From the NCBI GenBank assembly GCA_963706285.1, contig CAVPLU010000003.1, positions 96,001 to 160,000 of the forward strand: 64,000 nt of DNA, read 5' to 3'. The notes beneath the pieces are model-generated. The model saw only the letters and a list, made by a program, of their open reading frames with translations. It made no database searches and was not told the DNA's origin. Numbering within the stretch: the stretch's first letter is position 1; each line of letters opens with the position of its first letter. Source of the stretch: Candidatus Bathyarchaeota archaeon (GTDB lineage Archaea > Thermoproteota > Bathyarchaeia > 40CM-2-53-6). A program made the translations under genes and the position numbers. Below are positions 1 through 11,017 of the stretch, in pieces.

Positions 1-1417
1 GAATCTTTCAAAAATGCACAACATCACAACAGGCCAGATCTACCAAACCATCATTGATATGGAAAGAACCGGCTCATTCCTAGGGCAATGTGTTCAGATC
101 ATCCCCCACGTTACAGACGAGATCAAACGCAGAATACGAAGTGTCGCGGAGTCGAGCAAATCTGAACTGCTGTTGGTTGAAATAGGCGGAACCGTAGGCG
201 ACATTGAGAGCCTACCATTTCTCGAAGCAGCTCGAGAGATGCGCTTGGAGGACGGTCTCAAGAACGTCGCTTTCGCACATGTTACCTTAGTTCCGGTAGT
301 AGGAGTCGTCGGTGAGCAGAAGACCAAACCCACACAGCACAGCGTACAAGAATTCAGAAGGATCGGCCTTCAGCCTGACCTAATTATCGCTCGAAGCAGC
401 AAACCATTGCTGCCCGGCCCACGGAAGAAGATTGCTCTATTCTGCAATGTTGACGAGGCTGCAGTGTTCTCATCGCCCGACTCAAAGAGCGTGTACGAAG
501 TTCCATCTCTCCTTGAGGATCAGGGGATGGGCGCTTTCCTATGCGAAAGACTTGGACTCGACAAGAAGACTGCAAACTGGGACGAATGGACCAAAATTGT
601 GCACCGCTTCATAAGCCCGAAGAATGAAATCACTGTTGCAGTATGCGGCAAGTACGCCGAACTAGCGGACTCCTATGTGAGCGTCAACGAAGCTTTGAGA
701 CATGCTGGAGCAGCTGCGGACGCACGCGTCAATCTGAGCTGGGTTGAGACGGAACAGTTCGAAGGCGAGAACCCCAAGATGGGCGCCTTGGGGACACCGG
801 ATGGTGTTCTCGTTCCTGGCGGTTTTGGGCAAAGAGGAACCGAAGGAAAAATTAGGGTGATCCGTTACGTACGAGAGAACAACATTCCATTCTTGGGGAT
901 TTGCCTCGGATTCCAACTTGCAACCGTGGAATTTGCAAGAAGCCTCGGCCTAGAAAACGCAAACAGCACAGAAATTGCGCCCGGGACACAGCATCCGGTA
1001 ATAGATCTAATGCCGGAGCAACGCACTGTTGATTCGAAGGGAGCCACAATGCGCCTGGGCGCTCATGAAATCAGAATTCAGCCAGGTACTCTGGCTGAGC
1101 GTCTGTATGGTCGTCGAAGAGTCTGGGAGAGACACAGACACCGATACGAGGTGAACCCAGACTACATCTCGAAACTCGAGCAGAAGTTTGAGCAGGGGGG
1201 CCTCGTTTTCTCCGGCAGATCCCTAGATGGTCGCCGAATGGAGATCTTAGAACTGCCTTCGCATTACTTCTTCATTGCAACCCAGTTTCATGGCGAATTT
1301 CGTTCCAGGCCGATGTCTCCGTCTCCCCCATACTATGGGCTTGTAAAAGCATCCCTCGACAAGAGACTAGGAAAACCACGCTTTGAACTTGCGAGCGGTG
1401 CCCTCAACACAAAGTAG
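1..1417 (+). CDS. pyrG: CTP synthase (5' end outside window)
   Basis: Synthetase motifs (NITTGQIY, EIGGTVGDIES, KTKPTQHSV) and class I glutaminase motifs (VPGGFG, GICLG, RHRHRYE, QFHGE). Frame is open to the left edge. Confidence 0.97.
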   Translation, partial: NLSKMHNITTGQIYQTIIDMERTGSFLGQCVQIIPHVTDEIKRRIRSVAESSKSELLLVEIGGTVGDIESLPFLEAAREMRLEDGLKNVAFAHVTLVPVVGVVGEQKTKPTQHSVQEFRRIGLQPDLIIARSSKPLLPGPRKKIALFCNVDEAAVFSSPDSKSVYEVPSLLEDQGMGAFLCERLGLDKKTANWDEWTKIVHRFISPKNEITVAVCGKYAELADSYVSVNEALRHAGAAADARVNLSWVETEQFEGENPKMGALGTPDGVLVPGGFGQRGTEGKIRVIRYVRENNIPFLGICLGFQLATVEFARSLGLENANSTEIAPGTQHPVIDLMPEQRTVDSKGATMRLGAHEIRIQPGTLAERLYGRRRVWERHRHRYEVNPDYISKLEQKFEQGGLVFSGRSLDGRRMEILELPSHYFFIATQFHGEFRSRPMSPSPPYYGLVKASLDKRLGKPRFELASGALNTK

Positions 1418-1467
1418 TAGCAATGGACGCGGATGCCACTATGCGAAGATTGAGCGGTCCATAGAAG

Positions 1468-2403
1468 ATGTCTGCCGCACAGATCGGTGGGCTCTTCCGC
1501 TCACTTCAACCGTCAGATCTGCGCATTCTGCTTGGCACAGAGCTCGGTATGACAAGTCGTGAGTATGTCCCCATCTCACGAATAGTGCGATACGCGAATC
1601 TCTTGGAAGAGGAAGTCGGAAAGCGTCTTCCAGATCTGGTGGACAAGCGTCTCCTCGCATCGGGCAACATGCAAGAAATGGGATATGCTGGTTTCCGACT
1701 GACGTTCTTTGGTTATGACTGCTTGGCCCTGAACGCCCTAGTCAAAGGAGACATCGTAGAAGCGCTCGGCGCCCCGCTCGGATTGGGAAAAGAGTCCGAT
1801 GTCTACGACGCCATAGGCGCGAAGGGTGTCAGGGTCGCTCTGAAGTTTCACCGTCTAGGTAGGATAAGCTTTCGTCAGACTAGACGTACGCGAGAATATG
1901 TAGCTGACAGGGCTCACACATCTTGGATATATCAAGCGAGAATGGCTGCGACACGTGAGTTTGCAGCTATGAAACGTGCACGTCGCGTTGGCGTTCCAGT
2001 ACCGAAGCCGATCGGTCAGAATAGGCATCTCGTCGCGATGGCCATGTTCGAAGGATCGGAGCTCTCAAAAGTCAGCATCCTGCCTCAGCCAACAATCACA
2101 CTGCGGCGCATGATCACCAAATTGAGGCTCTTATTCAGTGACGCACGCCTTGTTCACGGCGACCTGAGCGAGTACAACATCCTAATTGGCAACACAGGAA
2201 AGTTCGTATTCATTGACTGGCCTCAGAGTGTCGCGACAAATGATCCGAGCGCCAACGAGCTCCTTACGCGCGATATCTCAAATCTCGTCAACTTTTTTGC
2301 GCGAAGGTACAGCGTCTTCGTTCCTGTCGAAGAAGCGTTAGACTTCGTGAGAGGCAAGACAAGAACTCTTGGCCGAATCCGAACAAAGAAACCGATCGCT
2401 TAG
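1468..2403 (+). CDS. rio2: RIO2-family atypical Ser/Thr kinase
   Basis: N-terminal wHTH-like region, GLGKESDVY, KFHRLGRISF, HGDLSEYN, IDWPQ. Confidence 0.93.
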   Translation: MSAAQIGGLFRSLQPSDLRILLGTELGMTSREYVPISRIVRYANLLEEEVGKRLPDLVDKRLLASGNMQEMGYAGFRLTFFGYDCLALNALVKGDIVEALGAPLGLGKESDVYDAIGAKGVRVALKFHRLGRISFRQTRRTREYVADRAHTSWIYQARMAATREFAAMKRARRVGVPVPKPIGQNRHLVAMAMFEGSELSKVSILPQPTITLRRMITKLRLLFSDARLVHGDLSEYNILIGNTGKFVFIDWPQSVATNDPSANELLTRDISNLVNFFARRYSVFVPVEEALDFVRGKTRTLGRIRTKKPIA

Positions 2404-3239
2404 CCTTTGTCGAGAAAACCAAATGCACCGACCGAGGCGGGGATCACTACCGATCCCAGCCTTGCATAACTCATCACGAAACCCTTCCTTTCAACTCGGA
2501 AACCGAGGCGTGCAGCAGCCTCGACAACTTCCAAGCCCGATTCAGGAACCGCCATCTCAAGCGGCCATTTGTTCGTCAAAGCGATAGAAGATCTCAGAAG
2601 CTTTCCAGTGTCTTCTTGATTCATGTGTTCGCAAATCAAAGGACCAATTTCAGAACTATCCTGGTACTGCTTCACAAGTGCGTAGCCCGATACTCCTGCG
2701 CTATTGGTGACCCAAGCCCAATGCTTCGGGAATTCATGGTAAAGGCGCCTGAGGAGTGTACTTCTGTCTGCTCCGAATGCACGCTTGTCGAGGTCAAGGA
2801 TATGACGAAAAGGAACCCTTCCAATTCCCTCCGTCGAGTCTACAGTGCCATGAGGTGCTGACAACCTGTCGAAGCTGCCTGTCGTTTCGAACTCTAGCCG
2901 TTTGTACATTGCCTCGTTCTCCGGATAGGAGAACAATCCAATCTTCCTAACGCGCATGCGGAGAAGATGCCTAATGGCTGATTTCACCAGACTGCTACCA
3001 ATTCCAGCACCGCGGTGTTGCTTGCTGACCACGACATTTCCAATCCAACCTACACTTCTCCCGTAAGCAGCAGTGGTCGTAAGGCCGATAGGTATGCCAC
3101 TTACGGTGGCGACAAAGCAGCCTTTTGGTTGTAGTGCTTTCATTCTTCTCAGGTCAGGTGTCCCAAAACCCCACTCTTCCTCGTTTGTCAATTCAATTAT
3201 CGATGGGAAGTCGCTCTTCTTGATGAGCCGGATTCGCAT
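2400..3239 (-). CDS. GNAT-family N-acetyltransferase
   Basis: Acetyl-CoA motif VVVSKQHRGAGIG and a second degenerate GNAT domain (DKRAFGADR, EIGPL). Confidence 0.85.
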   Translation of the reverse strand: MRIRLIKKSDFPSIIELTNEEEWGFGTPDLRRMKALQPKGCFVATVSGIPIGLTTTAAYGRSVGWIGNVVVSKQHRGAGIGSSLVKSAIRHLLRMRVRKIGLFSYPENEAMYKRLEFETTGSFDRLSAPHGTVDSTEGIGRVPFRHILDLDKRAFGADRSTLLRRLYHEFPKHWAWVTNSAGVSGYALVKQYQDSSEIGPLICEHMNQEDTGKLLRSSIALTNKWPLEMAVPESGLEVVEAAARLGFRVERKGFVMSYARLGSVVIPASVGAFGFLDKG

Positions 3240-3257
3240 GTGTCGGTCGCCAATCTA

Positions 3258-4560
3258 CTATGGGCGGATCCTGTTCATCAGCCGAGGAAAAGCTGATGCG
3301 TCGCGAATGTGCTTCAGTTTGCAGATCCAGGCGACAGCTCGCTCAATTCCCATGCCGAATCCTGAATGGGGTATCGTGCCGTACTTTCTCAGGTCCAGAT
3401 ACCACGAATAATTCTCTGGGTTCAGGTGTTCCTCGTTTATTCGTTGCATGAGTTGGTCATAGTCGTGGATGCGCTGTCCTCCGCCGGTAATCTCGCCATA
3501 GCCTTCAGGCGCGAGGAGATCCACTGAAAGTGTGACTTCCGGGCGTGTTGGGTCAGGCATGTGATAAAATGCTTTGACGCCTTTCGGGTAATGTGTCACG
3601 AAGAACGGTGTGGAGAAATCCTTCGTCAAGATCTTCTCTTGATTGTACCCCAGGTCCGTCCCCCATTCGAACGACGAATCAGATTTCCGGATCAATTCCA
3701 CTGCTCTATCATAGGTGATGGTTGGAAAATGCGGTTTTAGGGTTGCCAACTCGTCTGGGTTCCGTCCCACTTCTTTGAGTTCATCAGAGAGCCCGGGATG
3801 CTACCTGGTGACAGATATGCAAGAGTAGTTCCTCTTCGACTCTGATGAGGCCTGCGAGGTCAAGCCATGGTTCTTCGAGTTCTAGATGCCAATACTCCGT
3901 CAAGTGGCGTCTTGTCCTTGACTTCTCGGCGCGGAAGGATGGTGCTAGCGTGTAGATCTTGCCTAGGCTTGCGATCATCGCTTCAGCGTAGAGTTGCCAG
4001 CTCTGAGTTAGGTATGCCTTCTCATCGAAGTACTTGACCTCGAACAGGGTTGAGCCACCCTCGACAGCTGCTGAGACAAGGGTCGGAACCTGAACCTCCA
4101 AATATCCGTGATCTTTCAGCCAACTTCGGGCTTCCTCTATCAAAATGGCCCTCAATCGAAGAATTGTCTGCATCTTCTTGCTGCGGATCCAGAAATGGCG
4201 ATTGTCTAAGAGGAACTCAGGTCCATGATACTTCTTGGCAATCGGAAAGTCCTCATGTGAACGCTGGAGCACCTGCAAATCTTTGATTCGGAGCTCGTAT
4301 CCACGAGGAGCCCGCGGATCTCTTGCGACTTCTCCCTCCACCTCCAGGGTAGACTCTAGTGGGAGTGTCTCAATCTCGGTGAACTTCTCCCCAAGTTGGT
4401 CTCTCTTTGCGGTGCACTGCAGAAAGCCCGTGCCGTCCCTTAAGATGAGGAACAGGATCCCTCCACTCGAACGTTTGTTGTGCAACCATCCCCTCAGCCT
4501 AACTCGAGTTGAATCTGTGCCTCCTGTGAGAATTTCTCGAACTGCGACAAGATCGGTCAT
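3258..4560 (-). CDS. asnS: Asparagine--tRNA ligase (frameshift near 3770-3790)
   Basis: OB-fold (RLRGWLHNKRSSG), YLTQSWQLY, motif 2 FRAEKSRTRRHLTEY, motif 3 HSGFGMGIER. Split over ORFs 3784-4560 and 3258-3770. Confidence 0.93.
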
Positions 4561-4878
4561 ACTAATGCCTCTTCACTGTGAAGTAGACGCGATCGCAAGG
4601 TAGCGCCAGAAAGTAACGAGATCTAGTACGAATTAAAGCGCTCACCCATCATTGCGCCCACCAGGAAACACTTCCAGACCAGATGATATTTAAACGGTGG
4701 CATGCAGGAAACGGATCGCCTAAGAATTCCCATTTTCATCAGGAGAACAGGAACGTACGTTTTCTACCTCCAGTTGTGCGAGCTATTTTCTCGCGAGCTT
4801 CCTCCGAGAGAACTCTTTTAATGTTCACAGACAGACTACCGGTCCTACGTTCTAACAAGTCTCTTTGACAGGTGATTT

Positions 4879-5236
4879 CGTGTTCAGAATAAGAGTCGAG
4901 GATGACTTCGACGCTTCGCATATCATTCCAGGGCATCCGGGCAAATGCAAGAACCTTCATGGTCATACATACCGAGTCGAAGTGTTCGTGAAAGGTGACA
5001 AGTTAGACAAGAATGACATCCTAGAAGGCGCAGACTTCACCATATTGAAAAAGAACCTAGCTGATCTCATAACAAAGTACGACCACAAGCATTTGAACGA
5101 CATAATCGATGGAAACCCAACTGCCGAGAACATCGCTTTGACTATCTTCCGTGAACTACGGGCGCTAGCGACAGAGGGGTTAGAGAAGGTCCGCGTATGG
5201 GAATCTCCAAGGAGCTATGCTGAGTATTGGGAATGA
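4879..5236 (+). CDS. queD: 6-carboxy-5,6,7,8-tetrahydropterin synthase
   Basis: FDASH, KCKNLHGHTY, DHKHLN, PTAENIA, VWES. Likely GTG start at 4879. Confidence 0.93.
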
Positions 5237-5805
5237 GATCCGAAAAAGATGATCGACTGCCAGCGATTGAGGAGCACGTGCGTGAAATCCTCAAGATAAT
5301 CAAAGTTGACCTGAATGCCCAACAATTTCGTGACACGCCTGGAAGAATCGCGAGAATGGCTCTCGAGCTGCTCGCAGGGATGGACAAGAGGAACGAACCG
5401 AAACTTACTCTATTCAGGAATGCCGGGTACAGGGACATTTTGATTGTGAAGGAGATACCTTTCTATTCACTTTGCGCTCACCACTCGTTGCCCATGTTCG
5501 GTCACGTTTCAATTGCGTATATTCCAGGCAGTAAGATAGTGGGGTTGTCAAAGCTGCCTCGCGTGGTGAAGTTCTTCTCGGCGCGACTGCAGGTCCAGGA
5601 AGATTTTACGAAAGAACTGGCTGACTACCTCCATCGGAAGCTCGGAGCAAAGGGAGTATTCGTTATCGTCAAAGCCCGGCACTTGTGCATGGAGATGCGA
5701 GGCGCGAAAACTCATGACGCGGAGACCGTATCCAGCGCGGTGCGCGGAGTCTTCGACACTCGCGCGTCAACGAAGGCAGAAGCGCTAAGACTGATGACGG
5801 CTTGA
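5233..5805 (+). CDS. folE: GTP cyclohydrolase I (type IA)
   Basis: DTPGR, SLCAHH, GLSKL, RLQVQE, HLCMEMRG. ATGA overlap with queD. Confidence 0.95.
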   Translation: MRSEKDDRLPAIEEHVREILKIIKVDLNAQQFRDTPGRIARMALELLAGMDKRNEPKLTLFRNAGYRDILIVKEIPFYSLCAHHSLPMFGHVSIAYIPGSKIVGLSKLPRVVKFFSARLQVQEDFTKELADYLHRKLGAKGVFVIVKARHLCMEMRGAKTHDAETVSSAVRGVFDTRASTKAEALRLMTA

Positions 5806-6443
5806 CCAAAGACGGTGCTATCGTCCTACTGTCGGGCGGATTGGATTCCGCGGCAGCTCTTTGGTGGGCGAAGAAAAGATGGAATACCTATGCTTTGACA
5901 TTCAGGTATGGACAACTGAACTCAAACGAAGTGAAATCAGCGACGAGGCTCGCGGAAAAAGCAGAGGTCGCTCATCATTTCGTGGTTGATGTAGGCTTCC
6001 TTAAGCAAGTATCGGAATTGAGAAAACGGTTGGCAGGTCAAGGGCTCGACCTGAGACGGTTTCCCCCAACATACGTGCCTAGTCGAAACACGGTCTACTT
6101 GGGCATAGCTGCACACTACGCGGAGGTCTATGATCTAGGACACATAGTTACGGGTCACCTTGGGCGTGATCCGTTTCCCGATTCCAAGCCGTCATACATT
6201 AGGGCAATGAACGACGCGCTCACTCAAGGTAGTTGGCTTCGAAAGAAACATAGCATCAGAATCACGACACCCTTCGCACGATCAACTAAAGAAGAAGTTG
6301 TCAGGCTTGCCCTCAAGCTTGATGTGCCTTTGAACTTGACGTGGAGCTGCCACAGGAATCGGAAGAGACCCTGTGGGAAATGTCAGGGCTGTCTAGACAG
6401 ATCAAGAGCTCTCAGTATGTCTGAATTAGCTGCTATGCGATGA
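5802..6443 (+). CDS. queC: 7-cyano-7-deazaguanine synthase
   Basis: LSGGLDS PP-loop, TYVPSRN, TWSC...PCGKCQGC zinc site. Confidence 0.93.
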   Translation: MTKDGAIVLLSGGLDSAAALWWAKKRWNTYALTFRYGQLNSNEVKSATRLAEKAEVAHHFVVDVGFLKQVSELRKRLAGQGLDLRRFPPTYVPSRNTVYLGIAAHYAEVYDLGHIVTGHLGRDPFPDSKPSYIRAMNDALTQGSWLRKKHSIRITTPFARSTKEEVVRLALKLDVPLNLTWSCHRNRKRPCGKCQGCLDRSRALSMSELAAMR

Positions 6444-6464
6444 ATTCTGCTCCCGCATCAGGTC

Positions 6465-7223
6465 CTATCTCATTACTGTGCCACCGTCAACAACTATGAT
6501 CTGGCCGTTGACGGCCGAGCCTGAGTCCGAGGCGAGGAACGCAATTACGTTCGCTACCTCCTCCGGCTCGATTAGCCTTTGAAGGGGCGATTCCATCTCA
6601 TATTCCGTTCTCTCTTGGTTTGAGAGTCCGTCCAACCATTTCGTCCTAACGTTCCCGGGCGCCACCGCGTTGGCACGAACGTATGGTTTGTACTCTAGGG
6701 CTGTGCTCTTCACCAACGCTCCTATACCTGACTTTGCCACCGAGAATAGTCCCCCTCGGTCGTGTCCAGAGAATACTGGGGAAGAGCACATCAGAACAAT
6801 CGAGCCCTTCTTCTGCTTGACCATTTGAGGGACTATGAACTTGCACAAATAGAACGTTCCCTTCAGATCGTTGTCGAGAACAGATTTCCAGTCATCTTCA
6901 GTCACTTCGATCATCTTCTTCTCCCAAATCTCAGCGGACCAGAAACCGTGCACCGCGATCAAACAGTCTATTCTGCCGAATCTATCTTTGGATTCCAGAA
7001 CAAACCTGCGAACGTCGTCTTGATTTGTCACATCAATAGGCAGACTAAGCGTCTCCGCACCAAGCTCTTCACACTCTTTTGAAATCCCCCTGGCTCTTTC
7101 TGCTCCAGAATGATACCCGAGAGCGAGTCTGGCGCCCTCGCTTGCTAGGAGTCTTGCCGTGGCGCTACCTATCCCACCAGTGGCGCCCGTGATGACCGCG
7201 ACCTTTCCCTCGAATTGCCTCAT
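6465..7223 (-). CDS. SDR-family NAD(P)-dependent oxidoreductase (FabG-like)
   Basis: TGATGGIG Rossmann motif, NAVAPG, VDGG. The YxxxK position reads FSVAK. Confidence 0.9.
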   Translation of the reverse strand: MRQFEGKVAVITGATGGIGSATARLLASEGARLALGYHSGAERARGISKECEELGAETLSLPIDVTNQDDVRRFVLESKDRFGRIDCLIAVHGFWSAEIWEKKMIEVTEDDWKSVLDNDLKGTFYLCKFIVPQMVKQKKGSIVLMCSSPVFSGHDRGGLFSVAKSGIGALVKSTALEYKPYVRANAVAPGNVRTKWLDGLSNQERTEYEMESPLQRLIEPEEVANVIAFLASDSGSAVNGQIIVVDGGTVMR

Positions 7224-7350
7224 AGCAGAATCCGCCCTTCTGTCATCAAGATCAACCTAAAATCTTCTGCAGACTGAGATATGATATCTGCTACCGGTCC
7301 GCCTTCACAGTTTTCGTGATGCGCTCTGTTTTTAGCTCGAAAGCGCAGAC

Positions 7351-7956
7351 ATGGTAGCGTGCGAGTGGCCCGAATTGTCCAAGGAAGAGGATTCCGATCT
7401 GAAGCGCCTCGCTGAGATGAAAGCATACCTCGAAAAGAAGATCTCGGAGTCGGAACGTGAGACTGAACGATTGAGATCGTTTCTTCAGGCTGTGGACTCG
7501 ATTCTCGCAGAGAAAAGCTTCAGACGTGTGAGAATCCCCGTGGAGACTGAAGCGACTTCCGCGCCGGAAGCCCCTGAATCAAAGGAAAGACTGGCGAGCG
7601 AGGTTTGGCCAATAACTACCCCCGAAGGGGTCCATTTGGCAGATCTACAGATCACCGACTCTGAGCTCGCTCTTATTCCAGACTCGAAAATCAGGTACGA
7701 AGTCGCGTCTCCGCCTCTGCGAGCTTTCTTCATAGCACGCGTCTTGGATCCAATGCATACGAAAGACGAAGAATCGCTTAAAGCGGGTCAACTAGTTGCC
7801 GACAAGGTCTTGACATATGAGATATCAGATGACGGTGGTGCCTTGAAATCTCTTCGAGTACGCAACTACGGGGACCAAAGAAGACTCACAGAACTACGCA
7901 ATGCCATCCGGTGGACTGTACGTCGCATGTACGAGAAGACCCTCCAGGCACATTGA
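7351..7956 (+). CDS. Hypothetical protein with N-terminal coiled coil
   Basis: 201-aa ORF with natural composition and a heptad-like N-terminus. True start may be TTG near 7375. Confidence 0.75.
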   Translation: MVACEWPELSKEEDSDLKRLAEMKAYLEKKISESERETERLRSFLQAVDSILAEKSFRRVRIPVETEATSAPEAPESKERLASEVWPITTPEGVHLADLQITDSELALIPDSKIRYEVASPPLRAFFIARVLDPMHTKDEESLKAGQLVADKVLTYEISDDGGALKSLRVRNYGDQRRLTELRNAIRWTVRRMYEKTLQAH

Positions 7957-8429
7957 CTGTGTTCCTTTAGAAATTGAGGCTGCAACCAGGGTGATTTCAT
8001 CTTGTCAACTATGAAGGGTCTGCACTGCAAAGACGAACCAAGTCGATTCAAGCATCGAAGTTTTGCCGCTCAAATACCCTAGGTGATCTCATCTTTAGTC
8101 ATATCTGAGAGTGCTATCATCGCGGCAATTATCAAGAAGACAAGTACCATATTGAAGGTTACGAATGACGAATCTCCAAACCGCTCAATAGTCTCTGGAG
8201 ACCCCGGGGCCGTGGGCTAGGCAATGTTGACTGAGTCTGTACTTCCCCTAGGTTGGCGATCAGTATGAGTCGAAGCGATGCCTGTGTTCGGTTTTGGAAG
8301 CGGCTTCGGGGTTGCGAGAGACATTTCGGTTAGAATGTTTCCGTGAAATGTGATCGACTAGAGAGTCACCGCAGATGCCGTCCTCGAGTCACAGCACATC
8401 CATGTGCCGTATAGGTTGTTCATGCTCCG

Positions 8430-8564
8430 ATGAGCTTGGCGTCGATGTGCTCGCTCCAAAAGCAGTACTGCCCCGTTTGTGACTCGAGCGATGTACAAGA
8501 AGATGCCCTGAACCTATTCCGATGCTACTCCTGCGGCAATGTCTGGGCAATCGATCTAGCTTAG
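8430..8564 (+). CDS. 44-aa zinc-ribbon microprotein (not in ORF track)
   Basis: Manual translation MSLASMCSLQKQYCPVCDSSDVQEDALNLFRCYSCGNVWAIDLA: CPxC-x13-CxxCG. Confidence 0.7.
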   Translation: MSLASMCSLQKQYCPVCDSSDVQEDALNLFRCYSCGNVWAIDLA

Positions 8565-8922
8565 ATCAGTCGACCTTCTCAAAGCTCCAAATGGCCGAGA
8601 CCAACCACAAGTCGGTTTCCTCTTTCCCAAGGATGCAGAGTTGCGCACTACGTCTTATTTGCGAGACAGATCAAGACAAGATACACAGACTAAAACGGTT
8701 TAGATTTCCAGACACGAGTGCATTGCTGACTGCGATACAATTGAGGACTGGGGTTGGCTAACAGGACTGATCCTACAAGAATTGGGTAGAGCTATTCTAT
8801 TTGAAGGATTCTCGATCTCAAGATTACTCGAGGCCCCACCCATTCATCTATGAGTGTGCGGTGGTTGGCTCCACCTTCTAGTGTGAACTCTCTCCAGCAA
8901 GCATGTTGCATACCTGTTATCA

Positions 8923-9393
8923 TTAGGGATCCGATCCGCTGTGGAGCGGATCCAGAAGAGGGCTGGCCGCGAATAATCTCGTTCGTTGCAGGTATTCCTC
9001 AGCTTTTCGAAGTGTTTCCTTGGCGTTCTTGTAAGTGAGGCGCTTGAGAGCTTCGTGATAGGGCAGCCACTCGTATCCGATATGTTCGCCCGATATCGTG
9101 ACCTGTTCATCTCCTGCGTTCTTGAGCAAATAGAAGATCACTTCCTTCGAAACGGTTCTTCCACGCCTCCTGTAGAAGTAGCCAATTTGTTCTCTGAAAT
9201 CGTTCAGGAATGTGTTGTTCTTGAGGCCCGTCTCCTCCAAAGTCTCCCTATTGGTAGTCTCCACCTCGGATTCCCCTGGCTCCACGTGGCCTTTCACGAA
9301 GTCCCAGTGCCCCGCTTCGTACTGGAGGAGAAGATACTCGATACCATTTCCGTCCCTAAATATGACCGCCCCGCACGACTTCTCGTGATCCAT
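8923..9393 (-). CDS. NUDIX hydrolase, bis(5'-nucleosyl)-tetraphosphatase (Ap4A hydrolase)-like
   Basis: EKSCGAVIF, HWDFVKGHVEPGESEVETTNRETLEETG Nudix box, EHIGYEW. Confidence 0.9.
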   Translation of the reverse strand: MDHEKSCGAVIFRDGNGIEYLLLQYEAGHWDFVKGHVEPGESEVETTNRETLEETGLKNNTFLNDFREQIGYFYRRRGRTVSKEVIFYLLKNAGDEQVTISGEHIGYEWLPYHEALKRLTYKNAKETLRKAEEYLQRTRLFAASPLLDPLHSGSDP

Positions 9394-9652
9394 CCAAATG
9401 TCGCATCCAGTCCGAGGCTATTCTCTACCCTACGCAATGAGGTATCATTTGTGCTTTGGGCCCATGGCTTCATTCATGCTTAGTTATCTTTTCTTCCTCT
9501 AGCTTTCGAGTCGAAACGGTCTAGAGGGCCAGAACCAAAACAAGTGTGCTAAGACTACTCGAATCCCGTACATATCGGAAAGTCGCTGTCTTACGCCGAA
9601 CACGCGCGAAACAAATGTAGTGGGTTTGACATCAAACGTTCCGAGAGGTGGG

Positions 9653-10900
9653 TTACACCCAGCCTCTCAGTTTCATTGCTTCTGCAACCCGCTGGACTGA
9701 GAGCATGTATGCGGCCATTCGCATGTTCACGTTCTGCTTCACATGTATAGCGTACACATCGTTGAATGCCTTCGTCATGATCTTGTCCAAACGGTCGTGG
9801 ACTTCGTCAACAGGCCAGTAGAGGCCATACACATTCTGGACCCATTCGAAGTATGAGACGGTGACTCCTCCAGCATTGCAGAGAAAGTCCGGGATATGGA
9901 ATACCTTGTTCTTGAACAAGATATCATCCGCTTCAGGCGTCGTAGGGCCGTTTGCTGCTTCTGCGACTATCTTCGCTTTGATTCGAGATGCATTCTTAGT
10001 AGTTATGACGTTCTCGAGCGCTGCTGGAACTAGGATGTCGCATTGTTCTTCAAGAAGGCTCTCGTTTGTGATGGTTTTGGCTCCAGGGAACCCTACTACG
10101 CTTCCTGTCTTGTGTTTGTGCTGGATAATTGCATTTGAATCAAGTCCATTCTCGTTGAGGATTCCCCCCTTCGAGTCGCTTACTGCGATGATCCGTGCTC
10201 CCATCTCATGCAAGATCACGGCTGCGTTTGATCCTGCATTTCCGTAGCCTTGGATTGCGATTGAGGAACCTCTCAATGGGATGCTAAGTCGTTTTGTGGC
10301 TTCGCGGATCGTGTACGCTGCGCCGCGGGCTGTTGCATCTCCTCTTCCCTGTGATCCGCCTAGTGCTATCGGTTTTCCGGTGATCACTGCCGGAGTGTTA
10401 TGCCCCCTAATCTTGGAGAATTCATCAACCATCCATGCCATGATTTGGGCGTCCGTATAGACATCAGGGGCTGGGATATCCAATTCAGGGCCTATCACCG
10501 CGCCGATAGCGTCTATGTATGCTCGGCTGAGTCTTTCCAGTTCACGGCGCGACATCTCTTTTGGATTGCATATGACTCCTCCTTTGCCTCCGCCAAGAGG
10601 TATGTCAACACAAGCCGTCTTCCAAGTCATCCAAGCTGCAAGTGCCTTGACCGTGTCGATTGTCTCTTGCGGGTGGAACCGGATTCCTCCTTTGCATGGT
10701 CCCCGGGCGTCATTATATTGGACTCTGAACCCTTTGAATATCTTGACTTGATCGTTGTCCATCCTTACTGGAAACGTGACTTCTAGGACGCGTTTGGGTT
10801 CCCTGAGTAGGTTGTGGACGGCGGGATCTAGTTTCAGTAGCTTTGCAGCCACATCTAGTTGTTCTTGTGCAATCTTGAAGGGATTCAGTTCTTCCATCAA
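9653..10900 (-). CDS. gdhA: Glutamate dehydrogenase
   Basis: KGGIRFHP, GGGKGG, PAPDV, QGYGNAG, EAANGP, NAGGVTVSYFEW. Confidence 0.96.
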   Translation of the reverse strand: MMEELNPFKIAQEQLDVAAKLLKLDPAVHNLLREPKRVLEVTFPVRMDNDQVKIFKGFRVQYNDARGPCKGGIRFHPQETIDTVKALAAWMTWKTACVDIPLGGGKGGVICNPKEMSRRELERLSRAYIDAIGAVIGPELDIPAPDVYTDAQIMAWMVDEFSKIRGHNTPAVITGKPIALGGSQGRGDATARGAAYTIREATKRLSIPLRGSSIAIQGYGNAGSNAAVILHEMGARIIAVSDSKGGILNENGLDSNAIIQHKHKTGSVVGFPGAKTITNESLLEEQCDILVPAALENVITTKNASRIKAKIVAEAANGPTTPEADDILFKNKVFHIPDFLCNAGGVTVSYFEWVQNVYGLYWPVDEVHDRLDKIMTKAFNDVYAIHVKQNVNMRMAAYMLSVQRVAEAMKLRGWV

Positions 10901-11017
10901 ACCCAGTCATCACATTGAGTTGGGTCTATGGAGCGTATTTTAAGTTAGTCTGTTCTCGAAGTGCAAGTACGTCGAATCTTCGCTTGGATCAGGTCAGGAG
11001 TATGCGGAGTGCTTTCG

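Noticed and set aside
4739-4830. Short minus-strand ORF NIKRVLSEEAREKIARTTGGRKRTFLFS, reminiscent of a NUMOD3-like basic motif
   Set aside because: Only about 29 aa, with no clear start or SD. It cannot be told from chance.
8079-8324. Minus-strand ORF with an in-frame TAG at 8217-8219 followed by a hydrophobic helix (pyrrolysine or readthrough idea)
   Set aside because: No Pyl machinery in the window and no recognisable protein. The error rate or decay explains it more simply.
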